DNA of 64,000 bases from Takakia lepidozioides (taxonomy: Eukaryota > Plantae > Bryophyta): NCBI GenBank assembly GCA_030704615.1, contig CM060731.1, positions 64,046,001-64,110,000 of the forward strand. The letters are read 5' to 3'. Shown here in pieces: positions 13,665 to 26,897 of this stretch. The position numbers and the translations under genes are program-made. The notes under the pieces are model-generated. The model was not told the origin of the DNA. It did no database searches and saw only the letters and a program-made list of their open reading frames with translations. The number at the start of each line of letters is the position of its first letter. Within the stretch, counting starts at the first letter, position 1.

Positions 13665-14753
13665 CACTAGAAGAAAAACGCGGAATAACCACTGCCCCCC
13701 TTAACCACTCTTGTCTTTTATCACTCTATAAATCACTCCAAGTAATGGTAACCACTGGTCAGTGGTTAATTCCGATGAAATGCCACGGTGGCATCATATG
13801 GAGTGGTTGGAAGTGGTTTCAACCACTGAGTAATCCACGTGTAATATTTAATTTCATATTTATTATTCGATATTTGATCAAATATTTATATTAATAATGA
13901 TAATATCCGACATGGACGGGTACAGTGATAAATTATGAGTGGTTAAAGACACCTCAGTGATGGGAAGTGGTTGAAACCACTTTCTACTCCACGTGTAATA
14001 AGTTTTTTTTTAAGATTTTTATCATTTCAAAATATATTATTCCACGTGGACGAGGATAATATACGTAGATCTGGAGTGGTTAAAGACCCCCCAGTGATTG
14101 GTACCACTTGCACAGTGGTGGAATGTGAGTGGTTAAGACCCTTTTGTAACTGGAACCACTCTTCATGTGCGCACTTGTGAGTGGTTACATACACGTGATT
14201 GATTGGTACTACTTCTGTGGTGGGTTGTGAGTGGTTGAACACACTTGAGTGATGGGAGGTGATTGAAACCACTTGCTACTCCACGTGTAATAATTCAATT
14301 TTTATTTAAGATTTATCATTTCAAAATATATTTAATTATGAACTATATTATTCCACGTGGACGGGGACAATATACGTAGATCTGGAGTGGTTAAAGACCC
14401 CCATTGATTGGTACCACTTTGAGAGTGGTGTAGAGTGAGTGGTTACAGACCATTTAGTAACTGGAACCACTCGGCAAATGGTTGGAACCACTCGGCTAGT
14501 GATTACGCGTTAGTGATTACATACACACCAGTGATTGGTATTACTTCTGTGGTGAAAAACTTTAGTGGTTTGTGTGTTGATGGAAAACCTAAAATCCATC
14601 CATCTATCGCTACATTCATCCATCCAGTCATGAGTGAGGGGACTTAGCGTTTTTTTTGTCTTCCCTGCCATTGTGGCATCTGTTTGTTTTCTTTGTGTCG
14701 AGTTTGATCGTGAAAGACAAACATGACAGAGCTATGTTTGTTTTCTTATAGTG
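13665..14753. mobile_element. Non-autonomous CACTA-like element
   Basis: Left end CACTAGAAGAAAA; right end TTTTCTTATAGTG (reverse complement CACTATAAGAAAA). Many AACCACT/AGTGGTT motifs and an internal ~300-bp duplication. The 3-bp flanks differ (AAT vs TCG). Confidence 0.6.
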
Positions 14754-14774
14754 TCGAGTCTGATCATGAGAGAC

Positions 14775-15117
14775 GACGAGCGGAGCTAGTGGGATAGGGA
14801 CAGACATGGACTCAAGACCTAGAATCGGGGCATGAAGGTGTGCACGATGGTAGGACAACCGCGATCGCAAGGTGTGGCTTTTTCTCAATGTACAATGACG
14901 AGCGAAGCTGGTGGGATAGGGGGCAGACAGGGACTCAAGACCTAGAATCGGGGCATGAAGGCGTGCACGATGATGGGACAACCGCGATCGCAAGGTGTGG
15001 CTTTTCTCAATGTACAATGACGAGCGGAGCTGGTGGGATAGGGGGCAGATAGGGACTCAAGCCCTAGAATCGGGGCATGAAGGCTTGCACGATGGTGGGA
15101 CAACCGCGATCGCGGGG
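14775..15117. repeat. Tandem repeat, ~122 bp x3
   Basis: GACTCAAGACCTAGAATCGGGGCATGAAGG...GGACAACCGCGATCGC repeated three times. Confidence 0.9.
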
Positions 15118-16384
15118 TTTGATACTCATGGGAGAAGGGACAGCATTCTGAATTACAGTAGGAGGTCATGAAAGTGCTTGAGTGCTATGGAATGGGTGTC
15201 TCTGCTGGTGAAGTGTTGCTGGTGTACTGCCTTTAGATGTTGCTCATGCCAGCGGTACAATCATTAAAGTAGGGGATGTCTTGTGTGAAGAGATGGTGAA
15301 AGGATTGTTGAACATCTGCTGAACTTAGTTGGAAGGAGGACACAAATGAAGAATAGTGGGGAAGAATGCCAATGACATATGAAGAGGGCAATGTACCTAC
15401 TATGGGGGTAGGCTGTAGCTTTTCTGAAAGAAGATATCAGGTGGCATGCATTTGTTCCCTACTGCTTGTATCAATCAGCTTAGGAACATTCATAGACTGA
15501 GATCTACAATCAGTGGGGCATTCAAGGGTCTTTCAAATAGTTAAAATGTAGTGTTAAGGAGGAGTTAAAAGTGGGGGCTCTGTGATATCATGCCCTCTTC
15601 ATGCAAAGGGAAAGAGAAGAGAAATCTGAAATAGAGAAGCTAGGGTTTTGCATTTTCATTTAAGTAGATGTGAATGATGTCAAAACACCATGCATCAGTG
15701 TACAATCCATGGGCAGGATATGAAGGGGTAGCAATGTCATGCCAAAGGGGATCTGTTTCTTAGATAGCTTTAGTATTAATAAAGAAGGAAAATAAGAGCT
15801 CATGTGTAGAAACTAGGGCCTTTGCATTCTGGTTTACAGTAGAGTAAGTGGCACACATATTTCTGCATCACTTACCTAGTCCACGTATGGGCCAGTGGGG
15901 TATCTCTGATATGTTTACACTGTGGATAGGATCTGAATCTGTATAAGGTTCAGAATGTACACCTTGTGATTTTCCAATAATGACATCTGTAGGGAAGAAG
16001 AACCCTGGCATATATGATGATCTATTCACTAAAGAGACCCAATAACAATTTAGATAACCTCAGCTCTGTCCATGTCTTCTCTTCCGCTGCGGCGTGGATA
16101 AGGGTATAAAGTCTCTGGTCAAAAATAGATTTATAATGAATTAAGTAGAGTCTGAGTCATTTTAGAAATAGCAAGTATGTTGATGTCATAGGGCAGGGCC
16201 ATGGATCACTGCTCAAGAAACATTTAACTATAGTTTACCAGAAGGGTTTCATGCCCCTTCTTTTTCACACTACAGTGTGGCTTTTCCTTAATGTAGGATG
16301 TGAAGAAGTTTGTCCATCCTGCAAATGTGGGCTTTTGGCTCCTGTTAGTACGGTATTCTTCCTGATGTTTACAAGGTTCTTGGG

Positions 16385-16945
16385 AGAATCAGCTTGGTCT
16401 TAGCAGCCCGCTGATTCATTTCTTGATTCAACCTATTTTCAGCTTGTTTTGCCCTCTTATCAGACTCGGGCCTGATATGCATATTGAATTCTGTAAGTTA
16501 TCTCGTTGGTGCAAGAGAGAGAGTCAGCTTGGTCTTAGCAGGCCGTGAGGGCACCTTCTTCTTCAACCTATTTCAGCCTGTTTTGCCCTCTTATCAAACT
16601 CAGGCCTAATATGCATATTGAATTCTGTTAAGTTAGCTCATTGGTGCAAGAGAGAGAGTCAGGTTGGTCTTAGCAGGTCGTGAGGGCACCTTCTTCTTCA
16701 ACCTATTTCAGCATGTTTTGTCCTCTTATCAGACTCGGGCCTGATATGCATATTGAATTCTGTAAGTTAGCTTGTTGGTGCTAGAGAGAGAGTCAAGTTG
16801 GTCTTAGCAGGCCGTGAGGGCACCTTCTTCTTCAACCTATTTCAGCCTGTTTTGCCCTCTTTTCAGACTCGGACCTGATATGCATTGAAATATGTAAGTT
16901 AGCTCGTTGGTGCAAGAGAGAGAGTCAGCTTGGTCTTAGCAGGCT
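16385..16945. repeat. Tandem repeat, ~133 bp x4
   Basis: TCAGCTTGGTCTTAGCAG...CAACCTATTTCAG...GCATATTGAATTCTGTAAGTTA...GGTGCAAGAGAGAGAG units. Confidence 0.9.
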
Positions 16946-16947
16946 GT

Positions 16948-17105
16948 GCCTTGTTCAAAGCTGGAATTGTACCTAATGTCATTATGAACACTGCCTAGCA
17001 GCTCTGGAAAAAGGGAAAGAGGTCGACATGTTTGCAAAATGAAGGCCTTGCTTGGTGCCTGCAGAATCCATGGCAATGTGGAGATGGCTGAACGTGCGGC
17101 ATGAA
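16948..17105 (+). pseudogene. Scrambled PPR fragments
   Basis: FKAGIVPNVIMNTA and ALLGACRIHGNVEMAERAA (E-domain start) on the + strand. Confidence 0.75.
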
Positions 17106-17950
17106 GGTGTATTCTTCAACATATTTCACCCTGTTTTTCCCTGGCCAGCAAGCGTAAGTAGTCCACCCAAAGACAGTCGACTGTGATCAATGCTCCCGTC
17201 TGCAAGGGTCTTAGGCTCTTCCCGTAGAGATCCAAATAATTGGTGTAGCATATGATTCTGCAATCCAATGGGAACATGAGCCTCATCTCACATCCTTTGA
17301 AGCTCCACAATACGACATGCGATGGCCTCTTGCAGTGTCAATGCTTGGGGTGCACTTGATATCGTTGCATTGTCATCAATAGGGGCAAGAATGGTTGATT
17401 GGCTGGGTGCCTCTTCTAGAAGATTAGAGGATCTAGGAGAGACTACCTCTTGCGTGTCTGAGTCCAAAGCAACATCCACACTGCTATGCAATGGATGTGG
17501 GTTCATTTAAGGAGTTGTCTACAACTTGCGCACCCAAATGTCTGTACACTGTACTTTTAGGCAACCATTTTGAACCTTGACAAATTGTGCAAAAACATTA
17601 CATTAAGCGTGTGGAACTTGATGAAGCTCCCTCTTGCACATTGCTACCTATTCCTTGCTCCATACCCCTGCACACCTCAAATAAGTACATCAATTTTGGT
17701 AATATGATTTACTAGTGCAAATAGGTCAGCAGCCAAACCAGGAATACTAGAGAGAGAGAGATTCACTAAGTCAGGCCCAAAGAAGCATGAGAGAGAGTGT
17801 GAGCTTCCAAAAGTTATAGACACACATAAAGAGCCTCCTTTACTCCTCCGCTACAGTTGAAACTATACCAAGTGACCAAGAATCTCAGGGCTGGTGCCCT
17901 TAGTGGAACAAATGAAACTTATTGGAGCTTCAACAAACTGTCGGGGGGTA

Positions 17951-18148
17951 CCTGCACTTGGTTTGGGCTGCGCACTTCAAATGATGTAGAGGTACTGAAT
18001 GAAGTCGTAGCCAAGGGCCCCTTAAAAGAAACTGAATTCTGCACTGTCAAGGCATGCGGACCTATTGTCTATGAAATCTCACCAACTTTCACTTGAGGCA
18101 AGTTACCAGTAGCCAGCAATAGGAACAACTCAGAAAATAATGTGTATC
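17951..18148 (-). pseudogene. Isolated plastid-lipid-associated protein (fibrillin/PAP) exon
   Basis: AG acceptor, then [64 protein letters not shown], then GT donor. Recognised as the FBN1-type TVQNSV.F.GP..TTS.ST...FEVRSP.RVQ segment; one in-frame stop. Confidence 0.8.
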
Positions 18149-19519
18149 TGCATAGCACCCCAAAAGCTCATTGCGAGGTTATGAGAACTTAATACATGAG
18201 CTTCCAGTGATCAGAACATAATACAAATGTACCAGATTCCCGTCTGCAAAAGCTTTCCTCCATCTCCAAAAGGGTTTTCTCCCTTCTGTCTCCTCTTTGT
18301 CTAACAGATAAGTACATCCCTGCCAATTAGTGTAACAAATCTCTCCAGGACTTCAGCCAATATTTTGTCTATATCGCTCCATTTCTTCAAAACAAGATTT
18401 GCCCCTAGCTTGAGCTGGATGTTAGTGGTTACTCTTGGGTCCAGTTTTACCAAGGTTTTGAGGTTGATATTGTACGCAGCGATTCTCAAAACGACTGCAG
18501 TGGAGGATCTCAAAACTCACAAAACTGAATGTGTGCATAATGATTTTCTCAGATATTAAAAAACAAAAACATGAAGTATGGTACTTACAAAGCAAAATCA
18601 GAGTTCGATGGTGCAGTCTTGCCCCCATCCAGGTTACCAGGCTCAGTCTTGTACTCCCTTTTCCCAACTGCAACCCCCAAAGCAACCCAACAACCTCAAA
18701 ATAAGAGGGAACAACCTTGAACAAACTACTACTCAGAAACTAAGTCCTCAAGTGAACGATGAGAACATTAGATGTTTTTTCCAGTGGAGAGGAAAATTCA
18801 CTAGATAGGTCATACCTAGATACCTAGATAGCCTCACCTTCTCAAGCAAGTTGTTGCACCATTGTGAAGGATCTGATTATGGGTTATTTTCACTGAGAGT
18901 GTTCCACACCAATTTGTGCTGCAACCTACCATCCCATCAGAATCCGGACTTCCGTCACAATACTTCATGAAAAACAAGGAGTTCAAATGTTAGAAGCAAA
19001 ATCAGAACCATAATCCGGTTAGAAATAGAGTTAGAAATTAGTTTCTTCATTCTTCCTCTCTCTCTCTCTTCAAGGTTCTTCAAAGTTTTCTTCTTCCTGT
19101 AAAGCTTCGTCAGACTTGCACTCAAGCTGACAAACTCGAACTGAGCCCCACATATCTTTTCAAGAAATTCAAGTTGTTTATATGATAAATCTATATATGG
19201 CAAGTTGATGACCATGCAAGCAACCCACTCTTCCAAAATCAAATTAGAAGCAAAGAAAGAAGCAAGATGGAAAGCAAATACAACCAACTGAATGAGCCCA
19301 AGGCTATAATCTGTATGAAAATCATGACGTACTTACCTATAAATGAGAGGAGCAGCACACAAGTGCAGACATCCAATAGAACAGTATGCCAATAATGAGC
19401 ACTAGCTGTAGGTCATGATTGATTGTTCTGAGCGGGCTGAGTGCTTAGAGATATCCAACTCTTCTATCTTGGAGTTTCCACCTCGGATAGCGAAGGGATG
19501 GGTGAGTAAAAGCCGCTCG

Positions 19520-19699
19520 ACATTGATCAGCACGACCCCTGGGACGCCTCTTTGCATCAAGAATCTTCGAGTGTGTGGTGACTGCCACACCTCCACCAAA
19601 TTCATCTCAAAGATTGTTGGCCGAGCAATTGTTGTACGGGACGCTAACCACTTTCACCACTTTGAAGATGAGATTTGTTCTTGTGGTGATTACTGGTGA
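19520..19699 (+). pseudogene. DYW deaminase domain C-terminal fragment
   Basis: [58 protein letters not shown]; the HSEKLA motif is missing upstream. Confidence 0.92.
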
Positions 19700-20484
19700 A
19701 AGGATGTTTTCTTGGAAAGATGCGAGTGTCTTGCTTCATTCATTGACCTCTGTAGCTACTCAGACCATCCACCATTTCCTGAGAGTATTGACCATCATGT
19801 ACTGTTGAGTGCATTTCTTGTGGCATATCCACATGAAATGATGATGGGGTCTACCCGACATAGCTTGGAAGTCAGCCCATAATTGTACTTGACTGAAGGG
19901 GTGATTTTTGACTGATTCTGGTGACAGTGGATGGAAATCAAGAGTGCTGTCCTACTTGTGGGTTTGGGTGGTGGAGCTTCTCCAAGGCTTGAAGATGGAA
20001 GTGAATATGAATTTTAATGAGCTTGATGAGAGGGGCAGCCCTGTGCACAAGTTTGTTCAACATCTTAAATTTGGACATGTTTGTTTGTTTCTCGTGATGT
20101 GGCTTCGGATGGAGCCCTTGACGAACTTGCATGAATATTGTCAAAAGCTAGCCTTAACCTACCAAGATCCAATCCCATGGTGGCTGCTTGAAAGTTCATA
20201 CAGTGATTTAAGGGTATTTGGGTATGTTGTTAATGATTGATGCGTCTTGACTCCCTCACACACTTTAACATCGGTTTGGGGTAACTACTCGAGCTGCCAA
20301 TCTCAAACAAGCCGAAAACTCTCCTGAAATCCCCTTCAAGAAAGTGAGGTCTTTTTCTCTTGCCTTCGGTAGCCGTCCAACATCCCAAAAACGAAGCTTT
20401 TTGGTCCGTCATGTTGGTTCAATTAATATCAATGAAATTACACCCGACTAAGGGATAACTCATGTGCACACTAAATACAAAACC

Positions 20485-20738
20485 ACCAACCTGTAGCTCA
20501 GTTGGATAGAGCACTGAGTGCCACCCAGGTGATTCTGGGTTCAAATCCTGCTACCTTGTCGGGTGTGGTATATTCTTCTCCACCTTCCCTTGGGCAGCGT
20601 CCCTAGAGCCTTACACTAGGCGCCTCATGGCGAGGTTACTATGAAAGAGGTTATTTTCTCCTCTCACCACAATTAAGGGGCCTGATTTGCGAGCTGTCGC
20701 TCCCGGGTGTTTCCTTTAATTTTAAATTTAAAAAAGAA
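20485..20738 (+). mobile_element. tRNA-derived SINE, full length
   Basis: A box TAGCTCAGTTGG, TGCCAC anticodon-like loop, B box GGGTTCAAATCC, ~170-bp tRNA-unrelated body, A/T-rich tail. No CCA-type acceptor end. Confidence 0.85.
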
Positions 20739-21276
20739 ATAGTGTAGTCTCAAAGATTGAACTTTCGTGGCTATCTAATTTACATCAAAGTCATTCCTCA
20801 ACTACATGCATATGCCATATGCCCCCCATATCCATGGTGAGCATGTTTCAGCACATAGTGAATACACAGGTCAATGGAACCACTCTTGATTGCTAGAAGA
20901 GCATTTCTCCCACGAACTTCACACTAATTCATAGCCCAACTCCCACAAGCCAAACAACACGGACATATCATGACTACCGCAAAGGAAAAAATGCTAATCT
21001 CTATCACGAACTTGACGTCTTCCAATGTGTTATTGTTAAGTTTCATGACTCTACATCTATTCTGGTAGTTGCATACCAACTTCTAGATGGATAAGTTTCC
21101 AGTATTTCTAATATTCTAGAGCTAACTTGTATGTTTCACACTCTGTAGACAAGGTCTCCGACTCTCAGAGATGGAGTCAAGGCTCAAATCCTAGACTTTG
21201 CATTTTACTATAACCACATTATTGATATAATGCATCTCATAACAATGGGTCTAGTTACACTGTTACTCGGAGGTGA

Positions 21277-22906
21277 TCATAGTGAATAGATCTGTTGCAG
21301 TAGTTGAACATCAACAATGGGTGATTTGAGCTCCGGGAAGATGGAATCTGGATGTCGATAGCGCTCTTCTACCAAATGCCAAAAGATATTGCCAGTCATC
21401 AACTGAAGTATACCTTGGAAGTATGAGCGCACAGCAGATTCGGCGGGTGTTGATTTCCATTTTGATAGTGATTGCTCTCCCAGCTCCATGGTAATTCTTG
21501 CGTAGTTGTTTACAATCTCGATGGCTCTCCACATAGCTTCCCGTAGAGATAGGTTCTCAGTTCGCATCAACACTTTGACTAGATTGCTATCATCATTTGT
21601 CTCGTGCATCTCCTTGGCGTAGGAAAAGATACAATTTATATATCCTATATGCAGGCCGGCGTTGTATATCAAGGATTCCATCAAAGGATGCCTGCGCATG
21701 TAAGCTGGAAGGAATTCACCGTGCCCAAACTCCACAAGCATCAAAGTATATCGGGCAGCAACATTCTTGAAGCGCATTGGTGTGAATGACTCCAATGTCT
21801 GCAAGTGAACTGGATTGCCTTGAGAGTCAAGGTTATGTGAAGCCATGTATAATGATGTGTTAAATTCCTTGTAGGCTCCTGCAAAAGCACTAAACCAATC
21901 TGGAGTGGACATACTTCTCAAATCACGACCTATTTCCCAAACTATCCTCTCAATCGGGATGGGATTGGGTGGGGGCTGTTCTTGTTGAAACAAAACATTC
22001 AAATGGTTTACAGTACCTTGGATAATCTGAGGGTTCTCCAAGATTCTGCGGTCTATGCCATATTCCTCGCAAGGGAAGATGTCTGGAATATCATAAAACA
22101 TGTCATCGGTAATGAAAGCAAGGATGAAGGCTATAGTAGCAAACGCTATTCGGTCAGCATTTGCTGCTCCATTGTAAAAGTACGTTGCAGAATAAAGTGA
22201 CATCTGCATATAGGATTTGAGAGCTGACTTGACCTGCCATTGTCCAACAATTTTCTTTAGCTTTTTCAGTGGTTCATTGACATATACACTTTGCTGAAGT
22301 GGTGGAAGGCCCTCGATGAGCAAGGAAGATATCGCAGGTGTTAGCCCTATCTCATCGCTCATCGGAGTGCACACAGCTGAATGCATGTTGAGTTGTCGTT
22401 TTGTCTTGATACCTGTGCACCACATGAAACCTCATAAGATGATTTGATGCAAATATCGAAGATGAGTGAGGTTGAATTCAACCAAAGCGAGCAAAAAATC
22501 CTTAGGACCACATAAACTTGATATCATGAAAACAATATGTCGTACTACTGAGTTAATCAAGCCACAAGGAAATCTCAAAAGTAGTAGGGAAAATTTGATC
22601 ATACAATGGCTAGCAAGTTAGTATCAAACAAAATATCTCCAAAAGAGAATCCTGGGCAAGTATGACGGCATATATGGTTTTGATATGAAAAATATGCACG
22701 AAATGAGATATAAGGTAACACACACCGTTATTGAATTTTGTGGGAAGCACATCATGAAATGGGCTTTGGATTGGAGGAGCGATGTTGTGGTGGTCCTCCG
22801 TGAAGCCAACATCGGAGCAGCGTGTGAATAGTAGGGGCAACTTGGTTTGGAACTTGATGGAGATTCCAATAGGGTTTAGATAGAGGCTCAGGAGTTGGAA
22901 AGCCAT
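21277..22906 (-). CDS. Microbial terpene synthase-like protein (MTPSL), 2 exons, ~438 aa
   Basis: Exon 22906-22726 joins exon 22412-21277 through a phase-1 GT-AG intron (FNNG|IKTK). Class I motifs DDMFYD, sensor R (PMRFKN), NSE-like INCIFSYAKE and WHLVEERY; alpha-domain only. Start codon uncertain (in-frame ATG also at ~23008). Confidence 0.88.
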
Positions 22907-25444
22907 TGCCCAATATCGATCCTTTGTAGTGACAACAACACAGTGGTGAAGGATTAGATAGACGAATTTGAAAGAAGACTGTACTGGGGACTCTTGGAAT
23001 ATGTACATGTCACTAACATCTATCGTAAGATTATTTCTTGGATTCAACAGTGAGGGAGGAAAATGAAATATGAGAGTTGACAACCAGTTCAGACAACTGA
23101 TCACCTAGAGGAGAAACTATGCAATACTGGACTAAGATTACTATGAACAGTCACAAGTGACACTTCTTCTAGTAGGACTTTGAAATAGGTAATTCTATAG
23201 GTGAGTTACGACTTTGTGTGTTGGAAAAGTTGTGGTAACTGTTACAACTGTTATAATTGTTATCCAAAGTTAGCAAAAGAAGTTAGTTTCATCTTCAAAT
23301 CACACATAGAAAAAAGTTAGAAGAGCTGTCTAAAACTATGGAGTTGCCACCCAAGGATCAGTCCAACAAAGACAAGCGACAATTCTAGAGCTCTTATATG
23401 AAATTCCAAGAACCATTAGGTAATCATACTTCAGAGCTCTAATGTTTATGCTACAAGATCTCCCAAGTGCATGGCAGTTTTCGCTACACATAGTGATGAA
23501 CAGTCGCTTCTTAGCTCAGTAAGTATTCAACCCCACTAGGCTGACGCAAGATATACGTTAAAATGCTATGTGTACAAACATCCAGAAGGTACCCGGATAC
23601 TTTCATATGGGAGCACATCAATCATCACTCGATCAGAGTTCAAGACTCGTTATTTCATCTCAAGTACCTAGTAGAATAAAAAACTTCCTGAATATTCTCG
23701 AACTTTCGGCAACAGTAAGGCTGGGAACCAAAGAGGTAGAGATTCGTGCATGCCACCCCACTCACAGTGGGAATCTTGAGATTCTATGAGGAGGACTCGG
23801 GAAGCTATCACAGATCCAGAGATTGTTAGCCCATTTCATGCAACTGTTATCTGATTGATAGGACACAATATAGTAGTCAGTTGGTGCTCGACTCTGCAAT
23901 TCATTGGAAATTTACTGTACTAATCATCAATGCTGAACTTGATTAAGATGCACAAATCAGTTAATGTTTGATGAGTACATCACCTTATCATCAAGGTGAT
24001 GATAAGGCACTGTGACATAAAGAAGGTGGCACTCTTGCTATCAGAATATGTACACATTACATGGTAGACTTAAATTACTACAAAATCATAGAAATTATCA
24101 ACATCACATTAATGCGTTTGAAATCACGTTCAACTTTAAGTTCAGGACAAACCTTATCAAAATCAGGTCGTTCTTCACGATCTACCTCTCACACATCATA
24201 CTCAAACATGATACCTGCATTAATCCACTGAAGCAGTATGTGACCAGCACTAGCTACTACAACAACAACTACAGGAGTTAGACAAGCTCCCTAATTGTGC
24301 TTGAATTAACTTCTAGGATCATACTGTTATTGTCTCATCGTTGATAGAGGTGCTACCTACCTCCCATGGTGTTCGACGATGTCCACTTAGTTACACTTTC
24401 AGACACTGGCCAATCCAACAACAAAGAATGTGATCGATGTATCAGCTTATGATTATAGCAGAAGAGAAAATCTTACTATACAGGAGCTGTATACATAATC
24501 TTTTTGCAGATAAGTATCTGAGCAGAGCAGAGCACAACTCGGTCTTGACCAATTCATTCTCACCTTGGCAAGGATCAAAGACTCAAACTAAGAAAGCTCT
24601 CCCGAATTACAGGCGAAATACAGATATGACGAATTGCACCTTGAATGTCGGAGCTTCTAATGATTGTCACAATGACTGCAAAGCATAAATCAAAGTTGTC
24701 AATGATTAATACTCACTGCGTCCATAAATGAACAAATTATGAAATTTAAGCAAACAAAAGAAGGCTGGATTTCAGATTTCGAACCGTACTAACTGATCCA
24801 CAAACAAGACATGAAGCTTTGACTTACTTGCAATCCGACCTACTCTCTCCCTATCCCGTCAGAGGGTAAGACCCAAGTGCGAGCCAAGAGCGAGCCAACA
24901 GGAGCGAGAAGAATGCACAAGAGCATCCAGAAGAATCCATAAGAAGCGGGATGATGGGGCGGGATGAGAAGAGGAAGAATTCAACTATCGAGGAACCAGG
25001 ACAAAACAGATGCTTCAGATGCAACAATCTCTGGATCTGTGATAGATTCCAGAGATTGTTCAGAACAGAGATTGTTCACAGATGCATCGAAAATAGTCTT
25101 TCAGGCTCGTGCCATCAGCTGGTGCGCTCAAATGGGGCACAACGGTGAATGCAGACTACGGTATGTCGGTTTGGCAAATCCAAATTCCCGGTGAGCTGTA
25201 AAGTTTTGACCCTTGTTGCTTTGCAGAGAGCAGCTATTTTTGAAACGCGGGGCCTACATACCCTCTGACACCCGGGTATGAGTGGTTTTAAACGGAACCC
25301 ACGTTTATGTTTCTTTATTGATTCTTGTGCGGCGTTCTAACTTATTGTTAGCTATGAAATAATATTTTGGAATCAGCGTCTTTGAATGAGTGTGTAAGAG
25401 AATCAGTGTGTAAGAGACAGGCTCCACGTGAATCAGGCTCCGCT

Positions 25445-26861
25445 GTCTATAACGTCCCTGTGAGATTGAACCTACGATAGGCTTGGCAAGGTGTTGAATG
25501 GTTCAGCAATCGTCGACGGCTGTCTTGCTGCAGTTCCCTGCCAAAGTACAAAATACATGGAGCTCCCTAAGCTCAACTTCGTGGTGTCTTGTCTGCTGGC
25601 ATCATCCCCAAATATGGAAGCTGCCCGCTGGTGCCTCTGGGGAGGTGAGAGGGATGTCACGTGGAACAGCAGGTGGTGGCAAGCTCCCCTTGATCAAGAC
25701 CAAAAGCTAGATATGAAGATGGCATAGAAGTGTACACGGAGGAGATTAGGGGATTCTCTTCTTATGGTTTTTCCCTAGATAAGAGAACATGTAGACGTTG
25801 GCTGTACAAAGTGTGGCAGACAGGACGGCCACGGTGAACAGCGTCTACTAGTAGGGAAGAGAGATGATACATAAGCTGATGCATGGTGTGGTGGTTGGGA
25901 GGACTGGGTGTATCCCAGTACCATGTGCAATTATAGGATTGGATCATTGGGACTTGAAGGATCTGTACATAAAGTAATTGTTGGTATTTGGCCATGTTGG
26001 AATAAGGGCCAGTGGCACGGAGTGATGATTGCAAGTGGCCTATGATGTGTGATCTCGCCTAATTGCCAAGGACTTAGTTTAGATTCGAGTCTGGTCATGC
26101 TAGAACCATTGGCAGGGGAGTGAGATCTGAATTTTCAGTCGACAAATAGGCAGGAAGAAAGACAAGGCGGAGAATTAGTAAAGAGGAATGTAAGATCTTG
26201 GTATTAGAGCAGATTTCGACCTTTTGGGATTTGTGGTTTATGAGCCAATTGACATTCGGCTCTGGAAGCTCGTTGCTTTAGTGGAATACAATATCTAAAT
26301 GTAGGTGTAGCACATCTCCAGAGTCGATGGAAGGAGAGACAAGATGCAGTTTAGAAAACACAAGAAATTATTGTGCCAGAAGAATTTATCACTATGAAAG
26401 CTAGAGATCTAGCTCAGGTCATTCGTGAGGCAGTAGCTAGTGGAGTGAAAGAGGGCATAACTGCTGTTGGCAGGAGACCTACAGCAAATCCAACTCCACT
26501 GGCGGTGCCACCCGACCAGCAAGCGGTAGACCAACCAGTAAGTGCTCCCCATAATGATCAGCATGCAAGAACTAGGACAAAAAAAAAAAAGGCTAGAGAT
26601 GGTTCTGCCTCTGGTGCATCCTCACAAGATAGCCATTCCATGATGACAATGGATTCTAAGAGAAGAACAGTTGACAAGGAAATTAGGAAGATGACGCATC
26701 TTCCTGAATTTCATGGTCGCCCAAATGTGTCTTGCACTGAGGTGCTGTCTTTTCTGGAGACTCTGGAGGAGTTCTTCAGTGGGGACTATACAAATGCAGA
26801 TAAGATCCGCACAGCCTCATTACAAATGAGAGTCAAATCTAAAGGAGGGAATGTACAATGA
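25445..26861 (+). mobile_element. Truncated Ty3/gypsy element (LTR, PBS, gag start)
   Basis: tRNA-iMet-type PBS TGGTATTAGAGC at ~26199, followed by gag-like LPEFHGRPNVSCTEVLSFLETLEEFFSGDYTNADKIRTASLQM. The LTR start is approximate. Confidence 0.6.
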
Positions 26862-26897
26862 CTTAGTATCTGGTTCTCATTCATGTGATACTGCTGT

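Noticed and set aside
15120-16380. Degenerate retroelement coding sequence
   Set aside because: No diagnostic motif could be read; left unannotated.
18301-18513. SPT6-like fragment
   Set aside because: Only a vague resemblance; not supportable without a search.
20490-20565. Functional tRNA gene
   Set aside because: No proper acceptor stem; continues into a shared body and A-rich tail found in three copies, so it is a SINE head.
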